Of a DNA stretch of 64,000 nt, positions 1 to 9,487 are shown in pieces. Numbering within the stretch: position 1 is the first letter of the stretch; the number at the start of each line of letters is the position of its first letter. This DNA is from an uncultured bacterium (GTDB lineage Bacteria > Verrucomicrobiota > Verrucomicrobiia > Verrucomicrobiales > V1-33), in the NCBI GenBank assembly GCA_903936775.1, contig CAIZWU010000273.1, forward strand, positions 18,030-82,029. Direction: 5' to 3'. The notes under the pieces were generated by a model that saw only the letters and a list, made by a program, of their open reading frames with translations, had not been told where the DNA came from and made no database searches. A program made the position numbers and the translations under genes.

Positions 1-2817
1 GTTTTCATATTCGCCGGTCATGCGCCATGTCATTCCTTGCCAGTCGATGGTTTTCAATTTCTGCTCGATCTCCTGGACGAAGCCGCCCAAGTCCCGGTCC
101 TGCACGTTGGACTGGACATAGGCGCGGAGGCGTCCGTTCTCGGAAGCAATTTCATTGGCTCCGGTTTCCCGGGTGATTTTCGCCACCATGCCCAAGGGAA
201 TCGCGGTGGCCGATGAGGCCCCGCCTGCCATGCCCGCCGGGGCCGCGGGAGCTGCCGCGCCGCCACCCATTCCGCCGCCACCCATGCCCCCGCCGGTTGG
301 TGCAGCAGAGGCAGATACCGGGGCCGCGCCGGGACGCGTGGTGATGAGAAGACGGCTCAGTTTTTCAATGTCATCACGCTCGCCGCGCTCCACCCTCACT
401 TGGATGGGATATCGCTCGCGGCCTTCGATGGTGGTGCTGACGTTTTTTCCGCCCGTAGCGACTTCCACGGCGTCCAAAACTTCACGCACCGTCAGGCCGT
501 AGCGGGCAATGGCCCGCCGGTCCACTTTGATATTCAGATAGGGCTTGCCTTGGATGCGGGAGGGGGAAACCCCGGTCGCTCCTTCGATCCCGTTCACCAG
601 CTTCTCGACCTCGAAGGCTTTCTGTTGGAGCTGGTCAAGATTGTCGCCGTAAATTTTGATCCCCACCTGGGCACGGATGCCGGTGTAGAGCATGAGGATG
701 CGGTTTTCGATGGGTTGCAGCAAAGCGGGCACATAGCCCACCAGCTTCATCTTTTCGGTGAGCTCGGCTTTCAGTTTGTCGATGGTCATGCCCTCCCGCC
801 AGACGGGATTCCGCTTCATGGTGAAGCGGCCATCCGGGACATATTCCGGCTTCAGCATGATGGTGGTTTCCAACATCTCCGTCGGCGCGGGATCGGTGGC
901 GCTTTCAAAGCGGCCGAGTTTACCCGCGACAGTAGCCACTTCCGGGATTTGGCTGATGATGGTATCCTGCCACGCCATGACACGCTGGATTTCCTTCAGT
1001 CCCGTTTTCGGCATCAGCACTGGCATAAAAAGCAGACTGCCTTCATTGAGCGGCGGCATGAATTCTTTGCCGAATCCGGCAGTGAGCTGGGCCAACCGGG
1101 GCCAGCCGCCCTCGCGCAATTGCTTCACTGTTGTGCGGGGCAGGCCGAACGCGACCACCAGCGCAGTGGCCAGAATCCCCAAGGCCAACGTCACCACGGT
1201 GCGGCGGTGATTCAGCGCCCAATTCAATACCGGATCATAGACGCTCAGGAGAAAGCGCATGATGACATTGTCCTTCTCCGCATGGAACGGCCCGCGCACC
1301 AGCAGGGAGCACAGCACCGGCACCATGGTCACGGCCAGCAGCGTGGAGCCGATCATGGCGAAGGTCTTGGTGAACGCCAGCGGATGGAACAGCTTCCCTT
1401 CCTGACCGCTCAGAGCAAACACCGGCACGAAGGCGAGGATGATGATCGCCATCGCAAAAAAGATAGGCCGCCCCACCTGACGGCAGGCCGCCAGCGTGAC
1501 GTGCCACGTCTCCGGACGGGTCAACGCGCTGCCCTTCTTTTCCTCCGCCTGTTCCGCATGGCGGATCACATTTTCCGTGACCACGATGGCCGCATCCACC
1601 AGCACGCCGATGGCAATGGCGATGCCGGTCAGCGACATGATGTTGCTGGTGATGCCGAATTCCTTCATCAGGAGGAACGAAATCAAAATCGACACTGGCA
1701 GCGGCAGGGTGACGATAAGGATGCTGCGGAAGTGCCAGAGGAACAGAATGTGGGCGAGGGTGACGAGAATGATTTCTTCCAACAGGGCGTGTTTCAGGGT
1801 GCCGATGGTGCTGTCGATCAGCTCGCTGCGGTCGTAGAAAGGTTTGATGGAAATCCCCGGCGGCAGGCTGGGGGAAATCTGCGCGATGCGCTCTTTGATG
1901 TTTTCGATCACCGCCTTGGCGTTCTCCCCGGTGCGCATCACCACCGTGCCGCCCACCACTTCATGGCCATTGAGGTCCAGCGCCCCGCGCCGGAAATCCC
2001 CGCCAATCTGCACCGTCGCGATGTCCTTCAAAAAGAGCGGCGTGCCCTCCATCGTCTTCAGGGCTATCAATTCAAGATCCTCAGTGGTTTCGACCAGACC
2101 GATGCCCCGCAGCACAAATTCCGCGCCGTTTTCCTCCACCACTTTTCCGCCCACATTGAGGTTGGCGTTCTGCACCGCCGTCATCACTTCCATCAGGCTG
2201 ACGCCGGCGGAACGCATCTTGGTGGAAGACAACTCAATCTGATACTGTTTCACAAAGCCGCCAATGCTCGCGACTTCCGCGATGCCCGGCACGCTGGAAA
2301 GCTGATACCGGATAAACCAATCCTGAACGGAGCGCAGTTTCGCCAAATCATAGCCGCCATCCGGGGCTTTTTCCGGGTCCACATCGAGGTAATATTGATA
2401 GACCCAACCAAGGCCGGTGGCATCCGGCCCGAGTTGTGGTTTGACGCCTTCCGGCATGGATGCTTGGAGATAGTTCAACCGCTCCAGCACGCGGGTGCGG
2501 GCAAAGTATTGATCCGTCTTGTCTTCAAAAATGATCGTGATGAGGGAGAATCCAAACATGGACGTGGCCCGGACATCCTTCACGCCGGACAATCCCTGAA
2601 GGCCGCTGGTGAGCGGATACGTCACCTGATCCTCCACTTCCTGGGGGCCGCGTCCCATCCAGTCCGCATAAACCAGCACCTGATTTTCCGTCAGGTCGGG
2701 GATGGCATCGACCGGCGTCAGGTAAACGGCACGCACCCCCAGCGCCACCAGCATGAGCACGCCACAGGCGACGAGGAACCGGTTTTTCAGGCTCCATTCG
2801 ATGAGTTTTTCAATCAT
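1..2817 (-). CDS. cusA: CusA/CzcA-family heavy-metal RND efflux pump, inner-membrane subunit (partial; 3' end runs off the left window edge)
   Basis: Absent from the ORF track because no stop codon lies inside the window. My minus-strand translation from the ATG at 2817 reads MIEKLIEWSLKNRFLVACGVLMLVALGVRAVYLTPVDAIPDLTENQVLVYADWMGRGPQEVEDQVTYPLTSGLQGLSGVKDVRATSMFGFSLITIIFED, a canonical CusA/AcrB-superfamily N-terminus. The frame is still open at nt 1 (...IDWQGMTWRMTGEYEN). It lies downstream of the OMF and MFP genes in the same orientation. Confidence 0.9.
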   Translation of the reverse strand, partial: MIEKLIEWSLKNRFLVACGVLMLVALGVRAVYLTPVDAIPDLTENQVLVYADWMGRGPQEVEDQVTYPLTSGLQGLSGVKDVRATSMFGFSLITIIFEDKTDQYFARTRVLERLNYLQASMPEGVKPQLGPDATGLGWVYQYYLDVDPEKAPDGGYDLAKLRSVQDWFIRYQLSSVPGIAEVASIGGFVKQYQIELSSTKMRSAGVSLMEVMTAVQNANLNVGGKVVEENGAEFVLRGIGLVETTEDLELIALKTMEGTPLFLKDIATVQIGGDFRRGALDLNGHEVVGGTVVMRTGENAKAVIENIKERIAQISPSLPPGISIKPFYDRSELIDSTIGTLKHALLEEIILVTLAHILFLWHFRSILIVTLPLPVSILISFLLMKEFGITSNIMSLTGIAIAIGVLVDAAIVVTENVIRHAEQAEEKKGSALTRPETWHVTLAACRQVGRPIFFAMAIIILAFVPVFALSGQEGKLFHPLAFTKTFAMIGSTLLAVTMVPVLCSLLVRGPFHAEKDNVIMRFLLSVYDPVLNWALNHRRTVVTLALGILATALVVAFGLPRTTVKQLREGGWPRLAQLTAGFGKEFMPPLNEGSLLFMPVLMPKTGLKEIQRVMAWQDTIISQIPEVATVAGKLGRFESATDPAPTEMLETTIMLKPEYVPDGRFTMKRNPVWREGMTIDKLKAELTEKMKLVGYVPALLQPIENRILMLYTGIRAQVGIKIYGDNLDQLQQKAFEVEKLVNGIEGATGVSPSRIQGKPYLNIKVDRRAIARYGLTVREVLDAVEVATGGKNVSTTIEGRERYPIQVRVERGERDDIEKLSRLLITTRPGAAPVSASAAPTGGGMGGGGMGGGAAAPAAPAGMAGGASSATAIPLGMVAKITRETGANEIASENGRLRAYVQSNVQDRDLGGFVQEIEQKLKTIDWQGMTWRMTGEYEN

Positions 2818-2839
2818 GCCGTGTGAATGGTAAAGGCGG

Positions 2840-4537
2840 CTATTTGATCTCTTCCGCACATTTCAGCATTGCTTTGCCGAAGAAAGGATTGTGGCCGGGA
2901 CGCCCCTCCGTTTGGAGCCAGCGGCCTTCTTTAAAGGCTCCTTCCACGGCTTCATCGACCATGGCACACTGCCAGACCTGGAAGGCGGGAATACCGTCCG
3001 TCGTGCGCAGCGGTTCGAAAACGGATGTTGCCGCCGTGGTGAAAGCATAGAAGGCTTTGCGGGCTTCCTTAAGGTCGCTGAATCCATGAAAATGGCGGGC
3101 CTCCTCCAGCTTTTTCAAGGCGGGAGCCAGGCCGGATCTATCTTTGAGCGCTGCCGTGAGGGCTGAGGTGGTATCCATGACGGGAGCACTGGCAGCGGTA
3201 AATCCGACCAAGTCATCCAGTGCCAACGCCGCCGCCATGCCGTCCGCCACTTTCAGGAAATCACGGATGGCTGTTTGCTGGGAATCCGTCAGTTCAGGTC
3301 CGCCGGGCACTGGCATCGTCGGAGCTTTGGGAGTCATGAAGGCACGGTTCATTTCCGCCTGGCCGTCGATCAGCAGGTTGCCGTTGGTCACCACCTTACT
3401 GCCCTCGGTGAGGCCGGAAACGATTTGCACCAGGGTATCGCCGCGAGTGCCGATCCTCACCGGAGTGCGAACGTAGGAGCCGCGTTTTTCCTCAACATAA
3501 ACCACGGCTTCCGGCCCCGTCTGGATGACAGCGGAACGGGGCACGGACAGCACCTCCGGGATATCGAGTGTGACCAAGCCATCAGCGTAGAGCTTGTGGA
3601 GCAATTCACGGCGGCCTTCGACCATGGGATTTTCCAGTTCCACCCGGACACTAGTGGAGCGACTGGCCTCGTTGAAATTGGGATCGATGAACGTGATCTT
3701 CCCCGTGAAGACTTTGTCGGTAACTGCCGGGGTGGTGACGGCCACTTCCTGCCCCAGCTTGATCCATGGGATGTCCTGCTCGTAGGCGTCGAACATAAAC
3801 CACATGATGGAAAAGTCCGCGATGGCGAACATCTTCTGACCGGCGGTGACATACTGGCCCTCATAGACTTCATGCTCGACGACCGTGCCTCCCAATGGCG
3901 ACAAAATTTCCGAAGTAAGGGCATCGGCAGGTTTCTTATCCAACGCTCCAATTTGAGCGGGAGTCAGGCCCATTTGACGCAGACGGAGCGCCGTGTTCTT
4001 CCGCAGCTCACCCGTGAGCTGACGGTATTCCCGTTCCGCCGAAAGCAGGGTTGGGCTGTAGATCAGCGCCAACGGATCACCCTGCACGACTTCAAAACCG
4101 TGATGATTCGCAAAGAGCTTGTCCACCCGGCCATCCACGTAGGCACTGATAATCTGATGGCGGCGTTCGTCGTCGTCGATACGACCGGCGACTTTCAGGG
4201 TCTTCACCAGCTTCTGCTTTTTGGCCTCGGCAGTTTGCACATTGAGGACTTGAATCATGTTGTCATCCAGTGGCACCGCATCCGGGCTTTCCGTGTCGCC
4301 CATGCCCGTGCCGGCGGCGCTGGTTTTGTAGAAGGCGGTCGTATCCATCCCACACACGGTGCAGCGCTGGTGGGTGGGATAGCGCGGATGGCCTCCCATG
4401 GGACATTGGTAGTAACTCACCTCGCGTCCAGGCTTCATCGCGCTGCCCGTCGCCGTTGGCGCGGGCTTTGAGGCAAAAAACCAAGTGACAGTCGCCGTCA
4501 GAAGGGCGGTGACGATGATAGCGGGAAGGGATTTCAT
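2840..4537 (-). CDS. cusB: Efflux RND periplasmic adaptor (CusB-like MFP) with N-terminal heavy-metal-binding motif
   Basis: ORF 2840..4579. The likely start is the internal ATG at 4537 (MKSLPAIIVTALL, signal/TM), which leaves a 19-nt gap after the upstream gene. Contains YYQCPMGGHP...CTVCGMD, a heavy-metal-binding-domain-like CxxC pair. Also shows barrel-sandwich/beta-barrel MFP-like sequence (GRIDDDERR..., VTAGQKMFAIADFS) and a C-terminal helical extension. Confidence 0.85.
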   Translation of the reverse strand: MKSLPAIIVTALLTATVTWFFASKPAPTATGSAMKPGREVSYYQCPMGGHPRYPTHQRCTVCGMDTTAFYKTSAAGTGMGDTESPDAVPLDDNMIQVLNVQTAEAKKQKLVKTLKVAGRIDDDERRHQIISAYVDGRVDKLFANHHGFEVVQGDPLALIYSPTLLSAEREYRQLTGELRKNTALRLRQMGLTPAQIGALDKKPADALTSEILSPLGGTVVEHEVYEGQYVTAGQKMFAIADFSIMWFMFDAYEQDIPWIKLGQEVAVTTPAVTDKVFTGKITFIDPNFNEASRSTSVRVELENPMVEGRRELLHKLYADGLVTLDIPEVLSVPRSAVIQTGPEAVVYVEEKRGSYVRTPVRIGTRGDTLVQIVSGLTEGSKVVTNGNLLIDGQAEMNRAFMTPKAPTMPVPGGPELTDSQQTAIRDFLKVADGMAAALALDDLVGFTAASAPVMDTTSALTAALKDRSGLAPALKKLEEARHFHGFSDLKEARKAFYAFTTAATSVFEPLRTTDGIPAFQVWQCAMVDEAVEGAFKEGRWLQTEGRPGHNPFFGKAMLKCAEEIK

Positions 4538-4556
4538 AAAAGTCTGGAAAAGGGAT

Positions 4557-5804
4557 TCAACGCCCGCCGCGCAGAGCACGCAGAGTAGCTAGTGCGGATT
4601 GTTGGGCGGCCACAAAACGGCGTTGTTCCATCCGGGCCATCAGGAGGGACCGGCGGGCTTCCAACACTTCCGCCAAAGTCGAAGTGGCGCTGATCCAGGA
4701 ATTCTCGACAGCCTGCGCGGCCTTCTCCGCATCCGGCAGAACCTCCGTGGAATAAGCGATGGCTTGGCGACCGGCATTCCGGGCCTCCGTGGTCGCCATC
4801 ACAGCCTGTGCTCCCAGCTCGCGCTGGGCACTGGCAATGTCTTTCAGCGCGGCTTCCTGCTCCAGCCGGGCGCGGGCTTCCTTGGCATCATAGACGGATT
4901 TATTCCACCACGGCAGCGTCACGCGGACTCCCAGCATCACGTCCCGCAGGTCGCCCCCGCTATAAACATTGCTCTCCAGGCTGATCGCCACCACTGGTTT
5001 CCGCTCCTCACGGGCGATAGCGGTTTCCGCCCCGGCGGCATCCGCCATGTGATGCAAAGCCGCGAGGCGGGGATGCCTGGCTATCAGAAATTTCCATTCG
5101 TTGCTGATCTCCGGGGCGGCATCCGAAACCGGGGGCAGCGCCAGAGTGCCCCATTCCTGAATGACCGGACGCCCCAGCAGGAGATTGAGTTGCTGGGCAA
5201 GGCGAAGCCGTTCGCGCTGTGCCGCCGCCAGTTTTTGCCGCTCCTGGGTGAGTTCGCTTTTGAGCCGCAAAGGACCGGCGGCATTGGCCGTCAAGTCCTT
5301 GAGCTTCTCCGTGGCGTTGGTGCTCATCCGTTCCACCCAGGTTAGCTGCTCCGCTTCAATCACAAGCACTTCATCGGAGAGCGCCAGTTCCAGTGCGGTC
5401 TTCGCCACTTCCAATTCCAACATATTTCCCGCAATGCCGACCTCGGCCGCTGCGGCTTGTTCCTCCGCCAGCGCCTTCCCGCGCTGGGCCTGATAAAGTC
5501 CCCGGCGGGGCAACTGTTGCTCGGCCATCAGCCTGATATCGCCATCATCCGCCCGCATGGAATTCCGCGCTCCCGTCAGTCCCAGGCCCAGCATTGGATC
5601 CTCCCAAAGCCGCACCCCGCCCACCGCCTCCCGCGCCGCTTCCACCCGTGCCAGCGCTGCAGCTACCGTCGGATGGCTGTGCGTGGCTTCCGCCTGCCAC
5701 GCCGCCAGAGTGGCGGCATCCGCCACGCGTGCCTTGGCCGCACTACGGGGGGCAGCTTGGCTCACCGACAGCAAGGACAGGAAAATAGGAAGTAGGCGGA
5801 GCAT
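4557..5804 (-). CDS. TolC-family outer-membrane efflux factor (CusC-like)
   Basis: 415 aa with signal peptide MLRLLPIFLSLLSVSQA. Ala/Leu/Gln/Arg-rich coiled-coil composition with two-fold internal repeat character typical of OMF proteins. It is the first gene of the OMF-MFP-RND operon. Confidence 0.8.
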   Translation of the reverse strand: MLRLLPIFLSLLSVSQAAPRSAAKARVADAATLAAWQAEATHSHPTVAAALARVEAAREAVGGVRLWEDPMLGLGLTGARNSMRADDGDIRLMAEQQLPRRGLYQAQRGKALAEEQAAAAEVGIAGNMLELEVAKTALELALSDEVLVIEAEQLTWVERMSTNATEKLKDLTANAAGPLRLKSELTQERQKLAAAQRERLRLAQQLNLLLGRPVIQEWGTLALPPVSDAAPEISNEWKFLIARHPRLAALHHMADAAGAETAIAREERKPVVAISLESNVYSGGDLRDVMLGVRVTLPWWNKSVYDAKEARARLEQEAALKDIASAQRELGAQAVMATTEARNAGRQAIAYSTEVLPDAEKAAQAVENSWISATSTLAEVLEARRSLLMARMEQRRFVAAQQSALATLRALRGGR

Positions 5805-5960
5805 GAAAACGTCGGGATAAGGTGAACCATCGCGTCTCGTTCCCGGCCTACGAACCAGCCGGTGAAACCCCGCAAAGTTTTTGAGGGAAAACGGAAAGGG
5901 CAGGAACGGTAACCGTTCCTGCCCTTCCGGGGAGGCTTGCCAACTGGCTCTTCACTGCGA

Positions 5961-6254
5961 TTAGCGCATCGCCGAGCAGCCTGCCTTGGTCATGGTGGCC
6001 ATGGTCGCGCAGCACTTCTGTCCGGTGCAGTTGACCATCTTGCTGACGGAATAGCCGGGACCGCCCCGGCGACCGCCAAAGTCCACCACCTCGGTGCGTT
6101 TCATGGTGCATTGAGGACCGGTAGGCTGGGCGGTGCGGACGATCTTTTGAGCGTCCGTAGCCTGCTGAAAGATAAAGCCCGGACGGTTGGGGCCAGCCTG
6201 AGCGAAAGAAGCGAAGCCAAGGATGGCAGTCAGGATTGCGAGGGTCGTTTTCAT
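5961..6254 (-). CDS. Small secreted Cys/Met-rich protein (hypothetical; possible periplasmic metal-binding protein)
   Basis: Internal ATG at 6254 gives MKTTLAILTAILGFASFAQA, a clear signal peptide. The C-terminus CTGQKCCATMATMTKAGCSAMR is rich in Cys and Met. It sits immediately upstream of the cus-like operon on the same strand. Confidence 0.4.
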   Translation of the reverse strand: MKTTLAILTAILGFASFAQAGPNRPGFIFQQATDAQKIVRTAQPTGPQCTMKRTEVVDFGGRRGGPGYSVSKMVNCTGQKCCATMATMTKAGCSAMR

Positions 6255-6550
6255 GGGATTGGGGTGTTGTGTTTGGGTAGTTGCTTTGATTGGGCGGGAG
6301 GCTTCGAGCCCCCACCTTTTCATCCCCGCCTACGCTGTAACTAAGGAAATCCCGCGAAGTTCCTGCGTCTCCTGCTGAAGTGCGACGCCGCCCAATGCGG
6401 ACGTATCGACGTCGTGGCAACCGGGAGGTCGTGGATTACCGCTCAGGCGTGCTTGTGAATTGCCCGGTATTTCCGACCGGTGATCCAGGAAAAAGGAAGC
6501 CAAGGAAATAATTTTAGGAAATCTTTGCCTCGGACGGTCCAAAACGATCC

Positions 6551-7243
6551 TTGGAAACGAGGTATCTTCGGAACATCTCGCGAATGAACCCCTCTCTAAC
6601 TTACAGCAACATGGACGACGACGACCTCTCACTCCTTCTTTCCGAGCCTGACACGGCATCACGGCAGGAAGCATACGACGCCATAGTCGCCAAATACTGG
6701 AAACCCATGTGTTGCCTCCTGAAGGATCAGGGCATCACAAATTTCTCGGATCAGGAGGACATTGTCGTCGTCGCCTTCCGGCAATTTCACCGCCATGCGA
6801 TGGAAGGCATCAGCCTTGATGGTGAGAATTTCCGACAACTCTTATTCACCGTGGTGAAACGAAGGGGTATTGATCATCTGAGGCGCAAGGGGGCGGAGAG
6901 AAGAGGGGCTGAAGCCTACGAGGATTACGTGACGAATGAGACACGGGCGATTCTCAGCGCGGAAAATGCGAGCATGGCATGGTTGGATCGAACCCGTGAC
7001 GGCAGCGCTGCGGCTATCATGGAAGATTTCCGCAAGACAGTGCCAGTGCTGCCTCGCCAGCAAGAAGCCGCCGCAAGAGCTGTGTCCTTGCTGCTCGAAA
7101 GGAATTCACTCCTCTCCGGGGAAAACATCCGCGACGCCATGCAGGCATTTACAGGGGGGCCGGTCACTTTACCCGCCGCAAAATCCGCTTGGACCGGAGT
7201 GCGAGAAAAGTTCCGGGAATTTCTGAAAAATCGGCGCTCCTGA
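6551..7243 (+). CDS. ECF-type sigma-70 family factor (divergent)
   Basis: Region-2-like segment EAYDAIVAKYWKPMCCLL...QEDIVVVAFRQF and region-4-like segment VLPRQQEAAARAVSLLL...LSGENIRDAM...AAKSAWTGVREKFREFL. The true start may be the internal Met at 6584 or 6611. Confidence 0.55.
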   Translation: METRYLRNISRMNPSLTYSNMDDDDLSLLLSEPDTASRQEAYDAIVAKYWKPMCCLLKDQGITNFSDQEDIVVVAFRQFHRHAMEGISLDGENFRQLLFTVVKRRGIDHLRRKGAERRGAEAYEDYVTNETRAILSAENASMAWLDRTRDGSAAAIMEDFRKTVPVLPRQQEAAARAVSLLLERNSLLSGENIRDAMQAFTGGPVTLPAAKSAWTGVREKFREFLKNRRS

Positions 7244-7282
7244 TTTTCCCATCCTGACAACAACCCTTATCCCCAATTTTTC

Positions 7283-7651
7283 ATGACACACGAATTTTCA
7301 GACGGAGCAATCGATGCCCTGATCGCGGCTTCCCTTCGTCAAAAATATACCTCGGACACACCCAGCGAGGAAAACATCGAGGCTGCAATCAAAGCAGCCT
7401 CCATCAACGATCCGGAGGACGCCGAGCGCCTGCAGCGGATCCGCAACCGGTTGAATCAAAAATCGGGAGGGGCTCCCGCATCCACACCTCTCCGGAAGAG
7501 CGCAGGTCCATGCATGGCCATGAACCGTAAACACGATCAAGAGGAGTTTTGTGAATCCACACAGCAAGCCTTGGAGGAAGCCCGGAGGAAGGCCTTGGAG
7601 GAACTGCTGAAAGAAGAAAAGGAAGGAGGATCCGAAAATGATAACATCTGA
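7283..7651 (+). CDS. Hypothetical acidic/coiled-coil protein (possible sigma partner)
   Basis: 122-aa ORF between the sigma-like gene and ImmA. Its end overlaps the ImmA start by 14 nt. I recognise no motif. Confidence 0.4.
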   Translation: MTHEFSDGAIDALIAASLRQKYTSDTPSEENIEAAIKAASINDPEDAERLQRIRNRLNQKSGGAPASTPLRKSAGPCMAMNRKHDQEEFCESTQQALEEARRKALEELLKEEKEGGSENDNI

Positions 7652-8420
7652 AGAACGGCTTGCCGCTCAAATTCTCGATGCCCTCGAGTTGAAGAAGGTG
7701 CCCATTGACGTGTTTGAGATCGCCCGCAAAGAAAAAATCAAACTGTGCCCTACCCATGGCAGCACGGGTTTCTGTGGAAGACTCGAATATTTTCCCGATC
7801 TTGGCAGATTTCTTCTGTTTTATCCGGACCACCCGGATGCGGAGGTTAATCCCCGTATCCGATTTTCGATCGGTCATGAGCTGGGCCATTACTACATAGA
7901 AGAGCATCGGGAGCGACTGATGCGTGGGGAGTTTCATTCCTCGGAATCCGGCTTCATCTGCGAAAAAACATTTGAGATGCAGGCGGATTCCTTCGCCTCC
8001 GGCTTACTTCTTCCCGAACGCACGCTTACCCGATTTCTCCAATCCAAAGGCCGCAATTTCCTCACCTTGCAGGAGATGCTGACGTTGGCGGAGCGATGTG
8101 CCACTTCCAGGGAATGCGCCGCCATTCGCTATGCCAAATTTGCGGAGGAAAAATGCGCCGTGGTTGTGTCCCGAGGTGACAATGTCCTCTACTCCATATC
8201 CTCCGATGATGCGGCCCGCATCGCCCTGCGTCTCAAACACGGCAGCCAAGTTCCGCCCCAATCAGCAGCTCGAAGAGCAACGACTGCGTCGATAACCGAG
8301 GGTGAAATTCCCGGTTCGGCATGGTTCCCGTGGACCAATGTCCGAACCCTGTCCGAGGAATCCATCGCGCTCGGGTATGGAGGATTGGTCCTTACTTTGG
8401 TGGCATATGCACATTCTTAA
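7638..8420 (+). CDS. ImmA/IrrE-family (M78, DUF955) zinc metallopeptidase
   Basis: Diagnostic motif FSIGHELGHYYIEEH (HExxH) followed by EMQADSFASGLLLP, typical of ImmA/IrrE. Confidence 0.85.
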   Translation: MITSEERLAAQILDALELKKVPIDVFEIARKEKIKLCPTHGSTGFCGRLEYFPDLGRFLLFYPDHPDAEVNPRIRFSIGHELGHYYIEEHRERLMRGEFHSSESGFICEKTFEMQADSFASGLLLPERTLTRFLQSKGRNFLTLQEMLTLAERCATSRECAAIRYAKFAEEKCAVVVSRGDNVLYSISSDDAARIALRLKHGSQVPPQSAARRATTASITEGEIPGSAWFPWTNVRTLSEESIALGYGGLVLTLVAYAHS

Positions 8421-8434
8421 TCATCGATTCTATT

Positions 8435-8656
8435 ATGAATAAAAACCAACACGTCGTCCCCACCGATACCGGGTGGGCTGTCCGCGGAGCCGGTAACGAG
8501 CGCCGCACTTCCCTCCACGATACGCAGGCCCAAGCCATCGCGGCGGCCCGCGAAATCGCCCGCAATCAGCACAGCGAGCTGCTGATCCATCGCCCGAACG
8601 GGCAAATCCGAGCCCGCGACAGCTACGGCAACGATGACTGCCCGCCTCCCGGCTGA
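8435..8656 (+). CDS. DUF2188 domain protein
   Basis: From the internal ATG at 8435: MNKNQHVVPTDTGWAVRGAGNERRTSLHDTQAQAIAAAREIARNQHSELLIHRPNGQIRARDSYGNDDCPPPG. This matches the DUF2188 pattern (GWAV..G..R....F.TQ.EAI..AR..A.....EL.IH...G.IR..DSYGNDP.PP.G). Confidence 0.8.
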   Translation: MNKNQHVVPTDTGWAVRGAGNERRTSLHDTQAQAIAAAREIARNQHSELLIHRPNGQIRARDSYGNDDCPPPG

Positions 8657-8742
8657 TCTTTTCCGATTCTCGCAAAAGCCTGCCGACCGTGTGCCGGGTC
8701 GGCAGGCTCCTTTAACACGGCACTCCCCCTTATACCGACAGA

Positions 8743-9081
8743 ATGAAAACAAACGATAACCCCACCCCCGACGGGCCGCAGAGCGGCGATCACGAAGAAT
8801 TTGAAGACCTCGAACTGTGCTCCCGTGAGGGCCGCCAACCACGATGTGTCCACAAATACCGAATCAAAATTGATGACCGCCACCACATCGTCCCGGTCAG
8901 CCACATGACAGGGCTGCAACTCGTGGAACTCTCTGGATCCTGCAATCCGGGGAAGACAAAGCTCCGGCAGAAATTCGCCGATGGACGTGCCGTCACCATT
9001 GGCCCTGACCAGAAAGTCGATTTCACCACACCGGGCGTGGAGTGCTTCTTCACCCTGCCCTGCGACCAAACCGACGGCTGA
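8743..9081 (+). CDS. Ubiquitin-like beta-grasp protein (multiubiquitin family), C-terminal Gly
   Basis: YRIKIDDRHHIVPVSHMTGLQLVELSG...KLRQKFADGRAVTIGPDQKVDFTTPGVECFFTLPCDQTDG-stop. It resembles the multiubiquitin domain pattern (Y.I.V....y.v....itG..il.la...p....L........ig.de.vdl..pgverF.tlp.dqTeG) and ends directly in Gly. Confidence 0.8.
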   Translation: MKTNDNPTPDGPQSGDHEEFEDLELCSREGRQPRCVHKYRIKIDDRHHIVPVSHMTGLQLVELSGSCNPGKTKLRQKFADGRAVTIGPDQKVDFTTPGVECFFTLPCDQTDG

Positions 9082-9085
9082 CATC

Positions 9086-9487
9086 ATGCGCCGCGAGTTT
9101 GTTCTTCCCTCAAAGGACGTGCTCCACCTGGATTCGCTGGGCCTGCCGTGGGAAACTGTCGGCCGTCCGCAGCAGGGTGGAGCACATGTTCTTATCCACC
9201 AATTCAGGGTGCCTCCGGGATACCATGTGGAGGCCGCCACCGTGGCTCTGCGGATTGAGCCGCTTTATCCTGACGTGCAGATCGATATGGCCTACTTCAA
9301 CCCCGCCCTCTCCCGGACGGACGGAAAAGGAATCCATCAAATTGTGGCTGAGAGCATTGATGGCCAGCTTTTCCAGCGGTGGTCCCGGCACCGCACCACG
9401 GCAAACCCGTGGCGTCCGGGGATCGACTGTCTCGCCACCCATCTTGGCCAAGTTGAACACTGGCTGACCAACGAATTGACCCGATGA
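9086..9487 (+). CDS. Prokaryotic E2-like protein (Prok-E2 family E-like)
   Basis: Internal ATG at 9086, 4 nt after the Ubl stop. Motifs PPGYHVEAATVALRIEPLYPDVQIDMAYFNPAL...FQRWSRH...WRPGIDCLATHL fit the family pattern (fP..yP....D.fy..P.l......wq.wSrH...WrPg.D.l.tHl). Contains a single Cys. Confidence 0.7.
   Translation: MRREFVLPSKDVLHLDSLGLPWETVGRPQQGGAHVLIHQFRVPPGYHVEAATVALRIEPLYPDVQIDMAYFNPALSRTDGKGIHQIVAESIDGQLFQRWSRHRTTANPWRPGIDCLATHLGQVEHWLTNELTR

Noticed and set aside
400-2826. 808-aa plus-strand ORF, the longest track entry in the first 3 kb.
   Set aside because: Its composition is His/Arg/Gly/Gln/Asp-rich with no hydrophobic cores (…HRHHGHGQQRGADHGEGLGERQRMEQ…). The opposite strand translates into an unmistakable CusA N-terminus and body. 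It is a shadow ORF of cusA. The same logic applies to 3275..4471 (+), antisense to the MFP gene.
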